Notes under the pieces: model-generated
Told to the model about the DNA's origin: nothing
Seen by the model: the letters and a program-made list of their open reading frames with translations, nothing else
Database searches by the model: none
Assembly: GCA_963701665.1 (NCBI GenBank)
Contig: OY969622.1
Coordinates: 704,001 to 768,000 of the forward strand
Direction: 5' to 3'
Length of the DNA: 64,000 bases
Origin: Candidatus Babeliales bacterium
GTDB lineage: Bacteria > Babelota > Babeliae > Babelales > JANWKD01
Shown here: positions 26,903 through 37,858 of the stretch, piece by piece
How positions within the stretch are numbered: position 1 is the stretch's first letter
Layout of the letters: each line of letters begins with the position of its first letter
Position numbers and translations under genes: made by a program

Positions 26903-27382
26903 ATGAAAAAATCGCTCGTCTTTTATACACTTTTCTTAGTTATTGGCTCATCATATGGCATGGGAAAAAATCATTCAGGCACCATGAGTTTATCAGCAAA
27001 TGCACGTTCAATCTGTAATGGTATAGATGAAGTTTGTCCTAGACCTCTAGAGTCAATTCTCTGTGCCTGGGGATGGAATGATGTTACTTCCAATCATGGT
27101 CTTTTTAATGCATCAAGTTTAAGAGATCCTCAAGTAACCGGTGCCATAGTTGGAGGTATGATTGGTTCAGCAATCCGTGCAACAATTACTGATGCATCAT
27201 TGGATAAGACGTCACCTCTTATCAGACCAATTGTTAATGTAGCAGCGAAACATCCATTTTTAGTGGCTTACACAGGACTTCATGCATGGTACCGTTGGAA
27301 TGAAATAAAAAGTAACCCTTGGCCATTTATAGGAGAAACTAGCCTTATAGCGCTCCATTTATATAATGAAAGTAATTATTAA
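26903..27382 (+). CDS. Exported/membrane hypothetical protein
   Basis: AAGGA SD, signal peptide SYG-M. Confidence 0.65.
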   Translation: MKKSLVFYTLFLVIGSSYGMGKNHSGTMSLSANARSICNGIDEVCPRPLESILCAWGWNDVTSNHGLFNASSLRDPQVTGAIVGGMIGSAIRATITDASLDKTSPLIRPIVNVAAKHPFLVAYTGLHAWYRWNEIKSNPWPFIGETSLIALHLYNESNY

Positions 27383-27397
27383 CATACTGATAATACA

Positions 27398-27421
27398 AAA
27401 GCCGCAGTAACCTGCGGCTTT
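27398..27421. terminator. Bidirectional terminator between convergent genes
   Basis: AAAGCCGCAG-taac-CTGCGGCTTT. Confidence 0.75.
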
Positions 27422-27427
27422 CATTTT

Positions 27428-28849
27428 TTAATATGCTTTTGCAATAAGAATATCTGATTGAGAAGTATCATCACAATTAAAGCAGTGTGCAAAAGTAACT
27501 TCATCGAGTAAACAACGAATAGTTGCTTTGAACTGTTTTACTTTTTCTTCACAAGAAGCTTTGCGGCACCAACCGGTTTGATAAAAACCACCATGTTCTT
27601 CTAATGTTGGCCCAAATTCTTGTAGCTTTGCACCCGAGTGCCATTGTTTCTTAAGTCTTTCTTCTGCCCGTTTATACATTTCAGTATGCAAAAGTTGTAG
27701 CCGTCCCTGAACAACTTCGATGATATTTGCTAGAGGAACCATTTCTTTTGCAAGCCCTAATCGATCTGCAACAACCACCGTGCCATTCGCAACATCACGA
27801 GGCCCTATTTCAATACGTACAGGAACCCCTCTTAATTCCCAGTGAAAGAATTTTTCTCCGGGGCGTTTATGTTCATCTTCGTCAACAACAACGCGAGCAA
27901 CCGTTTTTAATCGTTGTGCAACATTTTGTACCGTAGCAAGCAACGTTTTTTTATCTTCATCAGTTTTGAAAATAGGTATAATAACTACTTGAATAGGCGC
28001 AACTTTTGGTGGCAGCACCAAGCCTTTTTGATCACCATGAACCATAACGAGTGCGCCAATGGAACGCGTGGTGAAACCCCAGCTGGTTAAATACGGATGA
28101 TCAAGGCCTCCGTCGCGCGTTTGAAACGTAATGCCGAACGCTTTTGAAAACGAGCGGGAAATAATGTGAGACGTACACATTTGCAATGCTTTACCGTCTT
28201 GCATTAATGCTTCTATGGTCAAGGTGACATCAGCACCCGCAAATTTTTCACTTTCTGATTTTTTGCCCGCAATAGCAGGAATGGCAAGATAATTCTTAAT
28301 AACATCCAAATATTCACTGAGCATTAAACGCGCTTCATCTTCAGCTTCTTGTTCAGTTTCATGGGCAGTATGACCTTCTTGCCATAAAAACTCTGTCGTA
28401 CGCAAAAATGGACGCGTACGCATTTCCCAGCGCACAACATTGCCCCATTGATTTATTTTCAATGGTAAATCTCGCCACGAGGTAATCCACTTAGCAAACA
28501 TATAATGGATAATGGTTTCAGAAGTAGGTCGTACAACGAGTGGCTCTTCTAATTCCTTGCCCCCACCGAAGGTAACGATCGCTAATTCTGGCGAAAAACC
28601 CTCGACATGCTTTTTTTCTTTTTCAAGGAATGATTTTGGAATAAAAATGGGAAAATAAGCATTTTGATGGCCGGTATCTTTTATTTTTTTATCAAGAATA
28701 TCACGGATATTTTCCCATAAGGCATACCCGTAAGGGCAAATAACCATGCAGCCACGCACGGGAGATTGATCCGCTAATTGTGCTTCATACACAACATCTT
28801 GATACCATTCAGGAAATTGGGTAGTAATATCAGAAAGTTTTTTGTTCAT
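27428..28849 (-). CDS. proS: Proline--tRNA ligase, archaeal/eukaryotic-type
   Basis: RPTSET, QWGNVVRWE, FLRTTEFLWQEGHT, C-terminal AKAY; no INS editing domain. Confidence 0.96.
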   Translation of the reverse strand: MNKKLSDITTQFPEWYQDVVYEAQLADQSPVRGCMVICPYGYALWENIRDILDKKIKDTGHQNAYFPIFIPKSFLEKEKKHVEGFSPELAIVTFGGGKELEEPLVVRPTSETIIHYMFAKWITSWRDLPLKINQWGNVVRWEMRTRPFLRTTEFLWQEGHTAHETEQEAEDEARLMLSEYLDVIKNYLAIPAIAGKKSESEKFAGADVTLTIEALMQDGKALQMCTSHIISRSFSKAFGITFQTRDGGLDHPYLTSWGFTTRSIGALVMVHGDQKGLVLPPKVAPIQVVIIPIFKTDEDKKTLLATVQNVAQRLKTVARVVVDEDEHKRPGEKFFHWELRGVPVRIEIGPRDVANGTVVVADRLGLAKEMVPLANIIEVVQGRLQLLHTEMYKRAEERLKKQWHSGAKLQEFGPTLEEHGGFYQTGWCRKASCEEKVKQFKATIRCLLDEVTFAHCFNCDDTSQSDILIAKAY

Positions 28850-28925
28850 CGCTCGAGCATTTTTAATGATTTGTTACGCTATCGTATTAAAAATAGCGTA
28901 TATTTTTGATATTGTAAAAAATGCT

Positions 28926-30332
28926 TTAAGCTATGTCACACCGCTTTTCAACTTTTTTACTGGCCGTTTCATAATAAAACCGCTCTTCGGCTAGTTCTTC
29001 GGGGGTCTTAGTAGATGTGGCTTCTGGGACAACATCAACAAACTGCTTAGCAGATAATGGTGTTAAAGGTTTTTTTTCTTCGCCTGATGAAATATCAATT
29101 GCATCACCATCTTCTGTTACAAAATAATCATCTGAAAATTCTCCGGAATCTTTAGCTGCTTTAGCGGCTTTTCCCTTTTTTAAATCTAACAATTCCTGAC
29201 AAGAATTTGATTTGTTAAGTCTTGTTGTTTTTGGTGTTCTTATCAATGAACCTGGCGCACTCCAAGAAGGTATCGAGGGTTTACTCTTTTTTTTTGTTGA
29301 ATATTTTCTCAAAGGCGATGGCAACCTTGATGCATTGCGAGGGGTCTCCCGCGTACCATTATCATCAAATAAATCTTGCCTATCTTTTTCTTCACTTACA
29401 TCAAACGCTCGTTTGCCCCCTTCAAAACCTCGTTTGTTATCTAAACTGTGCGGGGTATTTGTGGCGGACGTTCGCGCTGAAGAGTCGTCTGGCGTTGTCG
29501 CTGACGTACGCGTGCTGGCAGTAAGACTCTCCATATCCGAAGAACTTGATGAAGAATCTTCTTCTGAAGTTTCAGTTGAATCTGAGTTGTGTCTTGTAGG
29601 TCTTGTAGTTGTTCGTTCATGTAATCTTTGTAATGTCGCCTGTCCAGGTATTTTAATCCCAGCATTTATTCGAGCCCGTTTATTACGAATTGGCGAAGCT
29701 GCTTCTGTTTCATCAGGGAGCCAGATACGCGGAACAATAGAAGGTCGTACAGGTACTGATGCCCTCTTGTATGGCTGAGATATTTTTCCAATCTGTTTTA
29801 GTTTTGTATTAACCTGTTGGGATTTAACAGCAGCACTTATAGCAAGCCTTTGACATACAGCAGTGTCCTTTTTTATTTCTATATGTTCCTTCTGCATTTC
29901 ATCTAAAGACAAATTAATCTTTTTTAAAACAGAATATATTTGCTTCATTTGACGGCTCTCGGCCATTCTATCTTCTGAGTTTTCTTCTTCATCCTGATTT
30001 CGGGCTTGCCATGATGCAAGACGCTCGTTAATCTGTCGAATATCCACTCGCATTGCAGTTACTTCTTGAGAGACAGGTTCGGAGGATCGAGAAGATTTCC
30101 TAAATAGAAAATTCCATGTGCCTTTAGTAATTGAAATACATTTATCGAAAGCGGCAATGCCGACGAGCACACAAACTGTTTTTTTCCAAACATCAAGATC
30201 GTTAAATTGTGCAGCATATTCTTTACATGAAGCGACGCATGAATCAACAAGCCATGAAAAAGAATACCCTTGAGCATTGTGGTTATGAGATAATAGTAGT
30301 AAAGATAACATTATAAGATTAAATCTTTTCAT
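28926..30332 (-). CDS. Exported hypothetical protein: coiled coil plus long Ser/Thr-rich disordered region
   Basis: Signal peptide AQG, hydrophobic patch, low-complexity C-half, ends KRCDIA. Confidence 0.7.
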   Translation of the reverse strand: MKRFNLIMLSLLLLSHNHNAQGYSFSWLVDSCVASCKEYAAQFNDLDVWKKTVCVLVGIAAFDKCISITKGTWNFLFRKSSRSSEPVSQEVTAMRVDIRQINERLASWQARNQDEEENSEDRMAESRQMKQIYSVLKKINLSLDEMQKEHIEIKKDTAVCQRLAISAAVKSQQVNTKLKQIGKISQPYKRASVPVRPSIVPRIWLPDETEAASPIRNKRARINAGIKIPGQATLQRLHERTTTRPTRHNSDSTETSEEDSSSSSSDMESLTASTRTSATTPDDSSARTSATNTPHSLDNKRGFEGGKRAFDVSEEKDRQDLFDDNGTRETPRNASRLPSPLRKYSTKKKSKPSIPSWSAPGSLIRTPKTTRLNKSNSCQELLDLKKGKAAKAAKDSGEFSDDYFVTEDGDAIDISSGEEKKPLTPLSAKQFVDVVPEATSTKTPEELAEERFYYETASKKVEKRCDIA

Positions 30333-30418
30333 TGCGTATGCTCCACATAAGATTTGTTAACGTCTGCTTACGAGCCTAGTCAATTTATTCCATACGGCGC
30401 AATATTATGAATCAAAAA

Positions 30419-31216
30419 TCATTTTTTTACAGAACGTGAACGCGTTACTTTTTTAGTACGAGCAAGGCTTGCGTGCAACGATTCAACGAGTGAACCGTGC
30501 GCTTTTTTCTTAACAGTTTTAGGAGAAACGAGCTTTTTTCTGCCATGTTTGCTCAAAAATGTTTTAAGCCGCAGTGCAAATGTATCTTTGAATTGTTTCA
30601 TATCAAATGTTTTTTTTGTAAGTCGATCAATAAGTTCAATCGCTAATGATACTTCTTGTGTAGTTATTTTTGGTATGTCGTCTAAAGTTTCAATATTGTT
30701 AATATCATTGATTTCATACGAATAGTTCAATGTGGTTAATAACAATGCATGTTTGTAGGGAGAAATAATACATACATGTTCTTTATCTTTCATCACAAAT
30801 GTACCAACCGCCGCTTTCTGCGTCTTATTAAGAGCCGCTGCAAACAGAAAATATGCTTTTTCTTTGTGCTTTTTTGGCGCAATATAATAATGTTTTTCAA
30901 AATAAATGGGATTTATGAGAGCAACATCAACGAACTCGATGATTGTTAATGCTTCTGTTGTTAACGGTTTTAAGGCTTTTAAATTTTCTTGCGTCAATAC
31001 AAAATAGGTATCGCCTTTAAGTTTAAGCCCTTTAACAACATTCTCCCACGCAACTTCTTTTTTGCAATGATTACACCACCGTTTATAGGAAATGGGAGTG
31101 TTGCAAGTACTACATAATAAGGTAAAACCTAATGGATGCGCTTTAACAGCTGTATAAAGTGCAATAGGAATATTAACTAATCCAAAAGAAATGGAACCTT
31201 GCCACACTGCTTTCAT
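30419..31216 (-). CDS. ku: Prokaryotic Ku (NHEJ DNA end-binding) protein
   Basis: W.GSISFGLVNIP, IVKG-like VVKG, I.EFV, YF...YY..P, basic tail. Confidence 0.93.
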   Translation of the reverse strand: MKAVWQGSISFGLVNIPIALYTAVKAHPLGFTLLCSTCNTPISYKRWCNHCKKEVAWENVVKGLKLKGDTYFVLTQENLKALKPLTTEALTIIEFVDVALINPIYFEKHYYIAPKKHKEKAYFLFAAALNKTQKAAVGTFVMKDKEHVCIISPYKHALLLTTLNYSYEINDINNIETLDDIPKITTQEVSLAIELIDRLTKKTFDMKQFKDTFALRLKTFLSKHGRKKLVSPKTVKKKAHGSLVESLHASLARTKKVTRSRSVKK

Positions 31217-31278
31217 GATACTCCTCTGTTATCTTATAAAAGATGTATCACGAACTAATCATGTAAGGCAAGAATACG

Positions 31279-32067
31279 TTATTCGTACCGTTCTAAGCGC
31301 GCAAGGCCACTGCGTTTGCTTTTTTCAAAGCAATAATAAAAAAAAGCAAGCGACAAGCCAAAATAAATAATGCTCAGAAAAAAACCTTTCATGAGCAAAT
31401 GTGTTGGCATGATTCCTGTTTCAATATATGCTCTAATACCGTCAAATAAATAAGGTTGTGGTAAACAATAAGCAATTCTCTGCGCATAAGTCGGCAATAC
31501 AGAAATAGGAAAGAAAATACCGCTTAATGGCACAAATCCCCAAACGACAACCCACATTAAACCTTCTACGTGTTGACCCCAGCTTATAATACATGATGCT
31601 GTCAAAAACCCAACGCTCCAACCAACAACAATAATCAACAATAAGAACGGTATCAAATGCCATCCGAGTGATATAATCTGCAATGCATATAAAAGCCAAA
31701 TACAGAAAGCTCCAAAAGCAAAGGTAAAGAAGGATTTCAGAAAACCGATCCCAATAACGGCAAGCATCCATTCGGGTAACGTAAGTGGTGTAGAAAATAC
31801 ATTACAAAAATTATTGGACCGTAACTCATCAAGTAAGCTGTAACATACTTCCATATTGGCGCGGAATAAAATTTGCCATAATAATAATGCTGTCAAAAGC
31901 ATGAACGTGACTTTTGGGGATTCAGACTGCTGATGCCAAAGACTATTGCAACCCCATAAAATTATATTCAACAAGGGCCAATATACAATATCAATTGTTC
32001 TATGCAAAACACGGAATGTTAACATCAAATGGCGTAACATAATTGCATGAACACGGTATAATTTCAT
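31279..32067 (-). CDS. ABC-2 type transporter permease
   Basis: Six TM segments, SGIFFPISVLP. Confidence 0.85.
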   Translation of the reverse strand: MKLYRVHAIMLRHLMLTFRVLHRTIDIVYWPLLNIILWGCNSLWHQQSESPKVTFMLLTALLLWQILFRANMEVCYSLLDELRSNNFCNVFSTPLTLPEWMLAVIGIGFLKSFFTFAFGAFCIWLLYALQIISLGWHLIPFLLLIIVVGWSVGFLTASCIISWGQHVEGLMWVVVWGFVPLSGIFFPISVLPTYAQRIAYCLPQPYLFDGIRAYIETGIMPTHLLMKGFFLSIIYFGLSLAFFYYCFEKSKRSGLARLERYE

Positions 32068-32099
32068 AAATTCCTTATTTTTTACTATGAACTAAAATT

Positions 32100-33077
32100 T
32101 TATGCCAACCTCTTATTGTTATTTTTAGCAATATAGAGGAAATAATCTTCTAAGGTAGGTTTATCGATAGAAATTTGCGTATAATCGACCCCGATTTTAG
32201 CAAGTCCTATTAATAAAGCTGCAACATCAACTTCATCAACATGAATCTCGAGAAAATTCTCTTTGATTTCACTACGCCATGAACGATCTTTGATGAAAGC
32301 TTGCGCTTTCGCGATGTCTTCAGGTGCCATAATAAGATTTACGCGGGTTTTGGAAATACTTGCTGCAATTTCATGGGGCTTATTATCTGCGATAATGTGC
32401 CCATTTTTTAAAATAAGAACGCGGTCACAAACTTGCTCAACCTCCGTCATATTATGAGAGGTAAATAGTACTGAAATATTACGCTCTCGTTGTTGTTGCA
32501 CAATAAACTTTCTGACATCTTCTGCAACATCAGGGTCAAGCGACGCCGTTGGTTCATCAAGGAGAACAATTTTAGGTTCAGTCATAAAAGCTTTTGCAAG
32601 CATAACGCGTGTAATTTGGCCAGCAGACAAGGGCCCAACGGGTTTGTCCCTCAATTCCCATATACCAAATAACCGTAAATATTCTTCTATTTTTTGCGCG
32701 CGTTCTTTGCCAGATAAACCATATAAACGGCCATAAATATCGAGATTTTCATAAATGGTTAAACGGCCTGGCAACTTTGTATAGGCACTCGCAAAAGAAA
32801 CATATTGCAAAATGTTTGAACGATTGGTAAAAAAATTTAATCCAAAATAATTAATAATTCCCGAGGTTGGGGTCATAAGTCCTAAAAGCATTTGAATGGT
32901 TGTGGTTTTTCCTGCACCATTAGGCCCTAAAAACCCAAGTATTTCTCCCTCGTGTAAATTAAATGAAATATTATCAACGGCAACAAAAGTTTTATGAGTG
33001 GATCGTAACAATTTTTTTTGGGTAAAGATCTTGGTAAGACCTTGCACATTAAGAACTATTTTTTTTGCGTGTGACAT
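32100..33077 (-). CDS. ABC transporter ATP-binding protein
   Basis: GPNGAGKTT, LSAGQ, LLDEPT, TSHNM. Confidence 0.92.
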   Translation of the reverse strand: MSHAKKIVLNVQGLTKIFTQKKLLRSTHKTFVAVDNISFNLHEGEILGFLGPNGAGKTTTIQMLLGLMTPTSGIINYFGLNFFTNRSNILQYVSFASAYTKLPGRLTIYENLDIYGRLYGLSGKERAQKIEEYLRLFGIWELRDKPVGPLSAGQITRVMLAKAFMTEPKIVLLDEPTASLDPDVAEDVRKFIVQQQRERNISVLFTSHNMTEVEQVCDRVLILKNGHIIADNKPHEIAASISKTRVNLIMAPEDIAKAQAFIKDRSWRSEIKENFLEIHVDEVDVAALLIGLAKIGVDYTQISIDKPTLEDYFLYIAKNNNKRLA

Positions 33078-33249
33078 GTTTTTTTACCTTGTATAAATTT
33101 TTTATAGTCTAACATTATACGTTGTTAACTGCAATACATGACTGTTGGCAATTAAAAATTAGTATAAGAAGGCCTTGCATTTTGACATCTGAAATTGCTA
33201 CTCTTGATGATAAGGCATAGAAAACTATCGCCTTAAATTAGGGGAAAAA

Positions 33250-34212
33250 ATGAATAGTAGTAGTATGATGCTTAATACATTATTGTTGCCGTCTATGTTA
33301 CTTGGTACTGAACCAAATTTCATGATACATTTACCTCCCCCTGATTCTATGACGTCGATCGTTTATTTATATGCGCACGGTCTTGGTGCTACACAACAAC
33401 AAGCACAAGCACTACTCCCTCATAATAAACATTGGATTCTGAATAGACCTTTAGCGGCCTTTGATTTTCCTGATTCTAAACCTGCATATATGGAATATGA
33501 TCCCAAACATGTAAACTTGGGCCAGCAGGTCGATATTGATCGTTTGCGCTATGCTTACTGGAGAACAAGGCAAGAATTGCCTAATCATATGCAGGTTATA
33601 GCGGCAGTATCGCGTGGCGCAGTAACCGCTTTTAATTGTATGGCTTTACACCAACTCGACCATGTTAAAGCGTTAGTGTTGGAATCTCCTTTTGATACCT
33701 TTGCAAACGTTGTAAAACATTTACTCAGAAGATTCCATATTGGATGGATTCCCTTTTCAAGAAAATTGGCAATTCGTTATGTCAAAAAAACATTCCCATC
33801 ATTTGATATAAATGGCGTCTTTCCACTCACCGTTGCGCATATGATTCCTCATGATCTTCCTATTATAATTATTCATGGAAAACGTGATAAAACAATTCCT
33901 ATAAAAAGCTCACGACTCATTTATTGTGCACTTCTTGAAAATGGCCATAAAGATGTTTATCTACTTGAACTCGATGAAGGGGATCATGGAAAATTGATCG
34001 CTGGCCCCAACGGAGAAATATATCAAAATGTTGTACACGCATTTTATAGACGATACGATTTACCGCATGACCCTCTCCTTGCACAACGCGGTGAAGCCAT
34101 TTTAAATCAATGCCAACCGTCTCTTGATTCAATGAGACGCTATGTAAAAAAATTGAAAAAAATAAGAAAGAAAATGAGAAGAGATCTACTCGAAGCAGCA
34201 GAAGAAGCTTAA
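33250..34212 (+). CDS. Alpha/beta hydrolase
   Basis: AHGLG, VSRGA nucleophile elbow, LVLESPF, IHGKRD, GDH. Confidence 0.8.
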   Translation: MNSSSMMLNTLLLPSMLLGTEPNFMIHLPPPDSMTSIVYLYAHGLGATQQQAQALLPHNKHWILNRPLAAFDFPDSKPAYMEYDPKHVNLGQQVDIDRLRYAYWRTRQELPNHMQVIAAVSRGAVTAFNCMALHQLDHVKALVLESPFDTFANVVKHLLRRFHIGWIPFSRKLAIRYVKKTFPSFDINGVFPLTVAHMIPHDLPIIIIHGKRDKTIPIKSSRLIYCALLENGHKDVYLLELDEGDHGKLIAGPNGEIYQNVVHAFYRRYDLPHDPLLAQRGEAILNQCQPSLDSMRRYVKKLKKIRKKMRRDLLEAAEEA

Positions 34213-34300
34213 GATACACGCGATGTAATCACAACGCAAAATATCAAGCTGAAAAAATTAGCTATAATAAAATTATATTTATCTGCAGAAAAAATTATTT

Positions 34301-35245
34301 TCAGTTATTTTTCTTCAAATCAAAATATCCTTGCCTCATTTCTTCATGATATACGATAAACAATCCACTTAAAAGAAAAACTGAAGAAACGATGAAAGAC
34401 ACCGAAATTGATTCGCCTAAGAAAAACCATCCAAAAAGTGCTGCAAATGCAGGCGTCATAAGCTCCCCAAAGGTAACAAGAGTCGCCGTAAAACGTTGCA
34501 ACAAGAACCCATACAAAAGATAACAGATGATGTTACCAAACAAAATCAAAAGAACAGAATAGCCAAGGAATGGTATCAGTTCTGTCACCGGGAACCACTC
34601 TGAAAGTAATGGTTGTGTAAGACATCCACCATTTTCAATAAAGTATGAAGTAATCAATGCTGCGATACCACCACATAACATACCAACGCCATTTATAAAG
34701 ATAATGGGAAGCGCGTGCTTTTTAATACCTTTTCTAATGACAACCCATCCATAAGAAAAAGAAACAATAGCCGCAAATATTGCAAGTTCAGGTAATGAGA
34801 CAGCAACGAGGTTACATCCATCATAAGAACCCGATGCAAAGATAACGGGAAGTGAACCGATTAAACTGAGCGCAAGCCCGCACGCTTTTTTAACCGTCAT
34901 TTTTTCATGGAATATATAATAGGAGAATAAAGCTGCAATAGCGGGAGAAAGGCTATAAAGAAATGCCGTTTTTGCCGACGACATGTATTGTAATGACCAG
35001 AACTCCATTATATAAGCAAAGTAAAAACAGAAAAATGATACTTGTATAAAGAGGAAGTAATCAGATCGAATAAGTTTTGGAAATTTTCTGTTGGTACACC
35101 AATAAGCAACTAAAAAAGCAACGCCTGAAACAATAAGACGAAAACTAATTAAAAAGATAGGGGGAGAATAGCCAAGGAGAATTTTACCAAGCGTATAAGT
35201 ACTAGCAGAGAAAGCGGAAAGTAACATTAAAAGAAACATGCGCAT
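34301..35245 (-). CDS. DMT/EamA family transporter
   Basis: ~10 TM, two EamA repeats; paralog of 51629-52537. Confidence 0.85.
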   Translation of the reverse strand: MRMFLLMLLSAFSASTYTLGKILLGYSPPIFLISFRLIVSGVAFLVAYWCTNRKFPKLIRSDYFLFIQVSFFCFYFAYIMEFWSLQYMSSAKTAFLYSLSPAIAALFSYYIFHEKMTVKKACGLALSLIGSLPVIFASGSYDGCNLVAVSLPELAIFAAIVSFSYGWVVIRKGIKKHALPIIFINGVGMLCGGIAALITSYFIENGGCLTQPLLSEWFPVTELIPFLGYSVLLILFGNIICYLLYGFLLQRFTATLVTFGELMTPAFAALFGWFFLGESISVSFIVSSVFLLSGLFIVYHEEMRQGYFDLKKNN

Positions 35246-35289
35246 CCTTTATATATGAAGGCCTTACTTAGATTTGACGATGATATTTT

Positions 35290-36117
35290 TTATTCTTTTT
35301 CATCATGTGCAACATGAATTTCATCATCAACTACTCTAACACGTTCAATATGTGTTGCTTTTCCTGTTGTGGTATCAATCTCAACCCAAACTCCTGATAA
35401 TACAAAAGGACCTTGAATATCGACTTCAAATTTTTGCGGCATCTGCGTTAAATAATTTTTTATAATTGATTCTTTTTTCATCCCTATCATAGAATTGAGT
35501 GAACCTGCCATACCAAGATCCGTTATATAGGCTGTACCGTTGGGTAAAATTCTTTCATCCGCAGTTTGTACATGCGTGTGAGTTCCGACCAAAGCACTCA
35601 CGCGACCATCAAGATAATAAGCAAGTCCTAATTTTTCCGATGTTGTTTCAGCATGAAAATCTACAAGGATAATATTTGTTCGTGATCTTAAAAAGGTAAG
35701 TGCCGAGTCTGCCGTGCGGAATGGATCATTGACATACTCACGCATAAAAACTCTTCCTTGCAAGTTCAACACACCAATTGAATATTCTTTGCATGAATAT
35801 ATACCAACACCGGTGCCAGGACAATCGGTTGGAAAATTTTCTGGTCTTAAAAGATCCTTATTTTCAGACAGATAAGAATAAATTTCTTTATTATGCCAAA
35901 TATGATTACCCGATGTAACAACGTCAACGCCAGCGTGTCTAAAAAAACGGACGATGCGTGAGGTAATGCCTTTACCTTGACAACTATTTTCTCCGTTTAC
36001 AACCACGAAATCAATTGAAAATTTACTTTTCAAAGAATTTATGTGCTTTTGGAAAATTATTCTTCCTGGAAATCCTACAATATCGCCTAAAAGTAAAACT
36101 CGTAAAGATTTACTCAT
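35290..36117 (-). CDS. ymdB: YmdB-like metallophosphoesterase
   Basis: GDIVG.PG, NGEN, SGNH, DFHAETTSEK, GTHTHVQTAD; downstream of rny. Confidence 0.92.
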   Translation of the reverse strand: MSKSLRVLLLGDIVGFPGRIIFQKHINSLKSKFSIDFVVVNGENSCQGKGITSRIVRFFRHAGVDVVTSGNHIWHNKEIYSYLSENKDLLRPENFPTDCPGTGVGIYSCKEYSIGVLNLQGRVFMREYVNDPFRTADSALTFLRSRTNIILVDFHAETTSEKLGLAYYLDGRVSALVGTHTHVQTADERILPNGTAYITDLGMAGSLNSMIGMKKESIIKNYLTQMPQKFEVDIQGPFVLSGVWVEIDTTTGKATHIERVRVVDDEIHVAHDEKE

Positions 36118-36120
36118 TTT

Positions 36121-37686
36121 TTACCTTGCGTACTCGATTGAGCGTTTTTCTCGGATTACATTTATCTTAATTTGACCAGGAAATGTCATTTCTAATTCCA
36201 CCTTTTTTGCAATATCACGCGCTAACATTGCTGCTTTTTCATCATCTAAGAAATCTTCTTCAACAATCACGCGCACTTCTCTACCTGCTTGAAGTGCGTA
36301 CGCTTTCTTTATACCTTCAAAGGATAGCGCCAATTCTTCAAGTTTTTCAAGACGTTTGATATAAGCAGATAATGTTTCACGACGAGCGCCCGGACGGGAT
36401 GCCGAAATAGTATCTGCAATCATAACGATCGGACCATATAATGATGTGAACGGCACTTCCTCGTGATGAGCTGCAATGGCATTAACAACCATTGGATCTT
36501 CGCCACAACGTTTTGCAATATCACCACCGATAAGTGCGTGCGGGCCTTCAACTTCAGCTGTAACTGCTTTACCAATATCATGTAATAAGCCGCAACGCAA
36601 TGCCATTGCACCATCTAATCCAAGTTCTTCAGCAATCATTCTGGCAAAAATACCAACTTCCTTGCAATGTTCAAGAACATTTTGTGAAAAGCTTGTTCTA
36701 AAATGGAGTTTGCCAAGCAACGTTACAATTTCTGGATGTACGCCCTGCAAGTTAAACTCAAGCACAACTTCTTTACCGTATTCTTCAACAATTTCATCAA
36801 TGTCTTTTTCACATTGTGCGACGGTTTCTTCAATACGTGATGGATTAATACGTCCATCGGCAATTAATTTTTCTAGCGCTCGTTTTGCAACTTCACGTCG
36901 AATAGGGTTAAATCCAGAGATGGTAATGATTTCCGGCGCATCACCAATGACAAATTCCATGCCGGTTGCCATTTCGAGTGATTTAATATTACGCCCTTCT
37001 TTACCAATAATTCTTCCCTTCATTTCCTCGTTGGGTAAATGTACCACACCAGATGAATGAGGGGCTACCTGATCAGCAGTATATCGCTGCATAGCGCTTA
37101 CAACAAGCTGAATCGAGCGATCCTTAGCAGTCGTTCGCACATCCTCTTCAACTTTTTGCAACCATTTTTCACTCGTTAAACGAACTTCGGCTTGTAACGT
37201 ATCAAATAAGCTTTGACGAGCTTCATCCCTCGTCATGCCACTAATGTTTTCTAATTTTGCGATTAAATCAGTATATAATGATTTAATTTTAGTTTCATCG
37301 AGACGCAAGCGATCACTCAAGCGAGATAAGTTACGTTCTTTTTGCTGCAGCTCTTGGCTTAAATCATCAAGGCGTTGTTCTTTTTTTTCAATATTTTCAT
37401 ATTTACTTGTGATTTTAGCTTGAAAACGTTCGAGTTCGAGTTTTTCTCGCCTCATTTCAAATTCAAATTCATTTTTCCTTTTATGAAGTTCATCTTTCAA
37501 CTTTAATGATGCTTCTCGCCGCTCAACTTCGATGTCTCGTTTAACATGTTTCCATTTTTCCTGTGCTTCGTTGAAAATCAATGAAGCTTTATCCATTTTT
37601 CTTTTTGCTAAAAATAGGAGCACAATGGCAATGCCAATGCTCACTATACTTATAAAACCTAACAAACCAAGTGTCATAAATTCCAT
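36121..37686 (-). CDS. rny: Ribonuclease Y
   Basis: N-terminal TM, coiled coil, KH (KGRIIGKEGRNI), HD (LLHDIGK), SRPGAR. Confidence 0.96.
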   Translation of the reverse strand: MEFMTLGLLGFISIVSIGIAIVLLFLAKRKMDKASLIFNEAQEKWKHVKRDIEVERREASLKLKDELHKRKNEFEFEMRREKLELERFQAKITSKYENIEKKEQRLDDLSQELQQKERNLSRLSDRLRLDETKIKSLYTDLIAKLENISGMTRDEARQSLFDTLQAEVRLTSEKWLQKVEEDVRTTAKDRSIQLVVSAMQRYTADQVAPHSSGVVHLPNEEMKGRIIGKEGRNIKSLEMATGMEFVIGDAPEIITISGFNPIRREVAKRALEKLIADGRINPSRIEETVAQCEKDIDEIVEEYGKEVVLEFNLQGVHPEIVTLLGKLHFRTSFSQNVLEHCKEVGIFARMIAEELGLDGAMALRCGLLHDIGKAVTAEVEGPHALIGGDIAKRCGEDPMVVNAIAAHHEEVPFTSLYGPIVMIADTISASRPGARRETLSAYIKRLEKLEELALSFEGIKKAYALQAGREVRVIVEEDFLDDEKAAMLARDIAKKVELEMTFPGQIKINVIREKRSIEYAR

Positions 37687-37858
37687 ATCTGAATAATCCT
37701 ACAATAGAGTCCATAAAAAAGACTATCTCAATTTTTTTTAAACTATCATAAAATAGCTTTAAAATTGAGTAGCTTCATTTTTTTTAATTAATCAAGAGAG
37801 ATACTATGATCCTAAACCGGATGCAGAAAGTTAAGGGAACAGCTACAAAAGAGCGCAC

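Noticed and set aside
28850..28925. Pro leader before proS
   Set aside because: Gap only 76 nt; hairpin TACGCTAT/ATAGCGTA present but no Pro-rich ORF
37687..37858. 6S RNA at its usual zapA-rny position
   Set aside because: Only an AT-rich ~50-nt hairpin with T-run (about 37715-37773); no full-length rod visible
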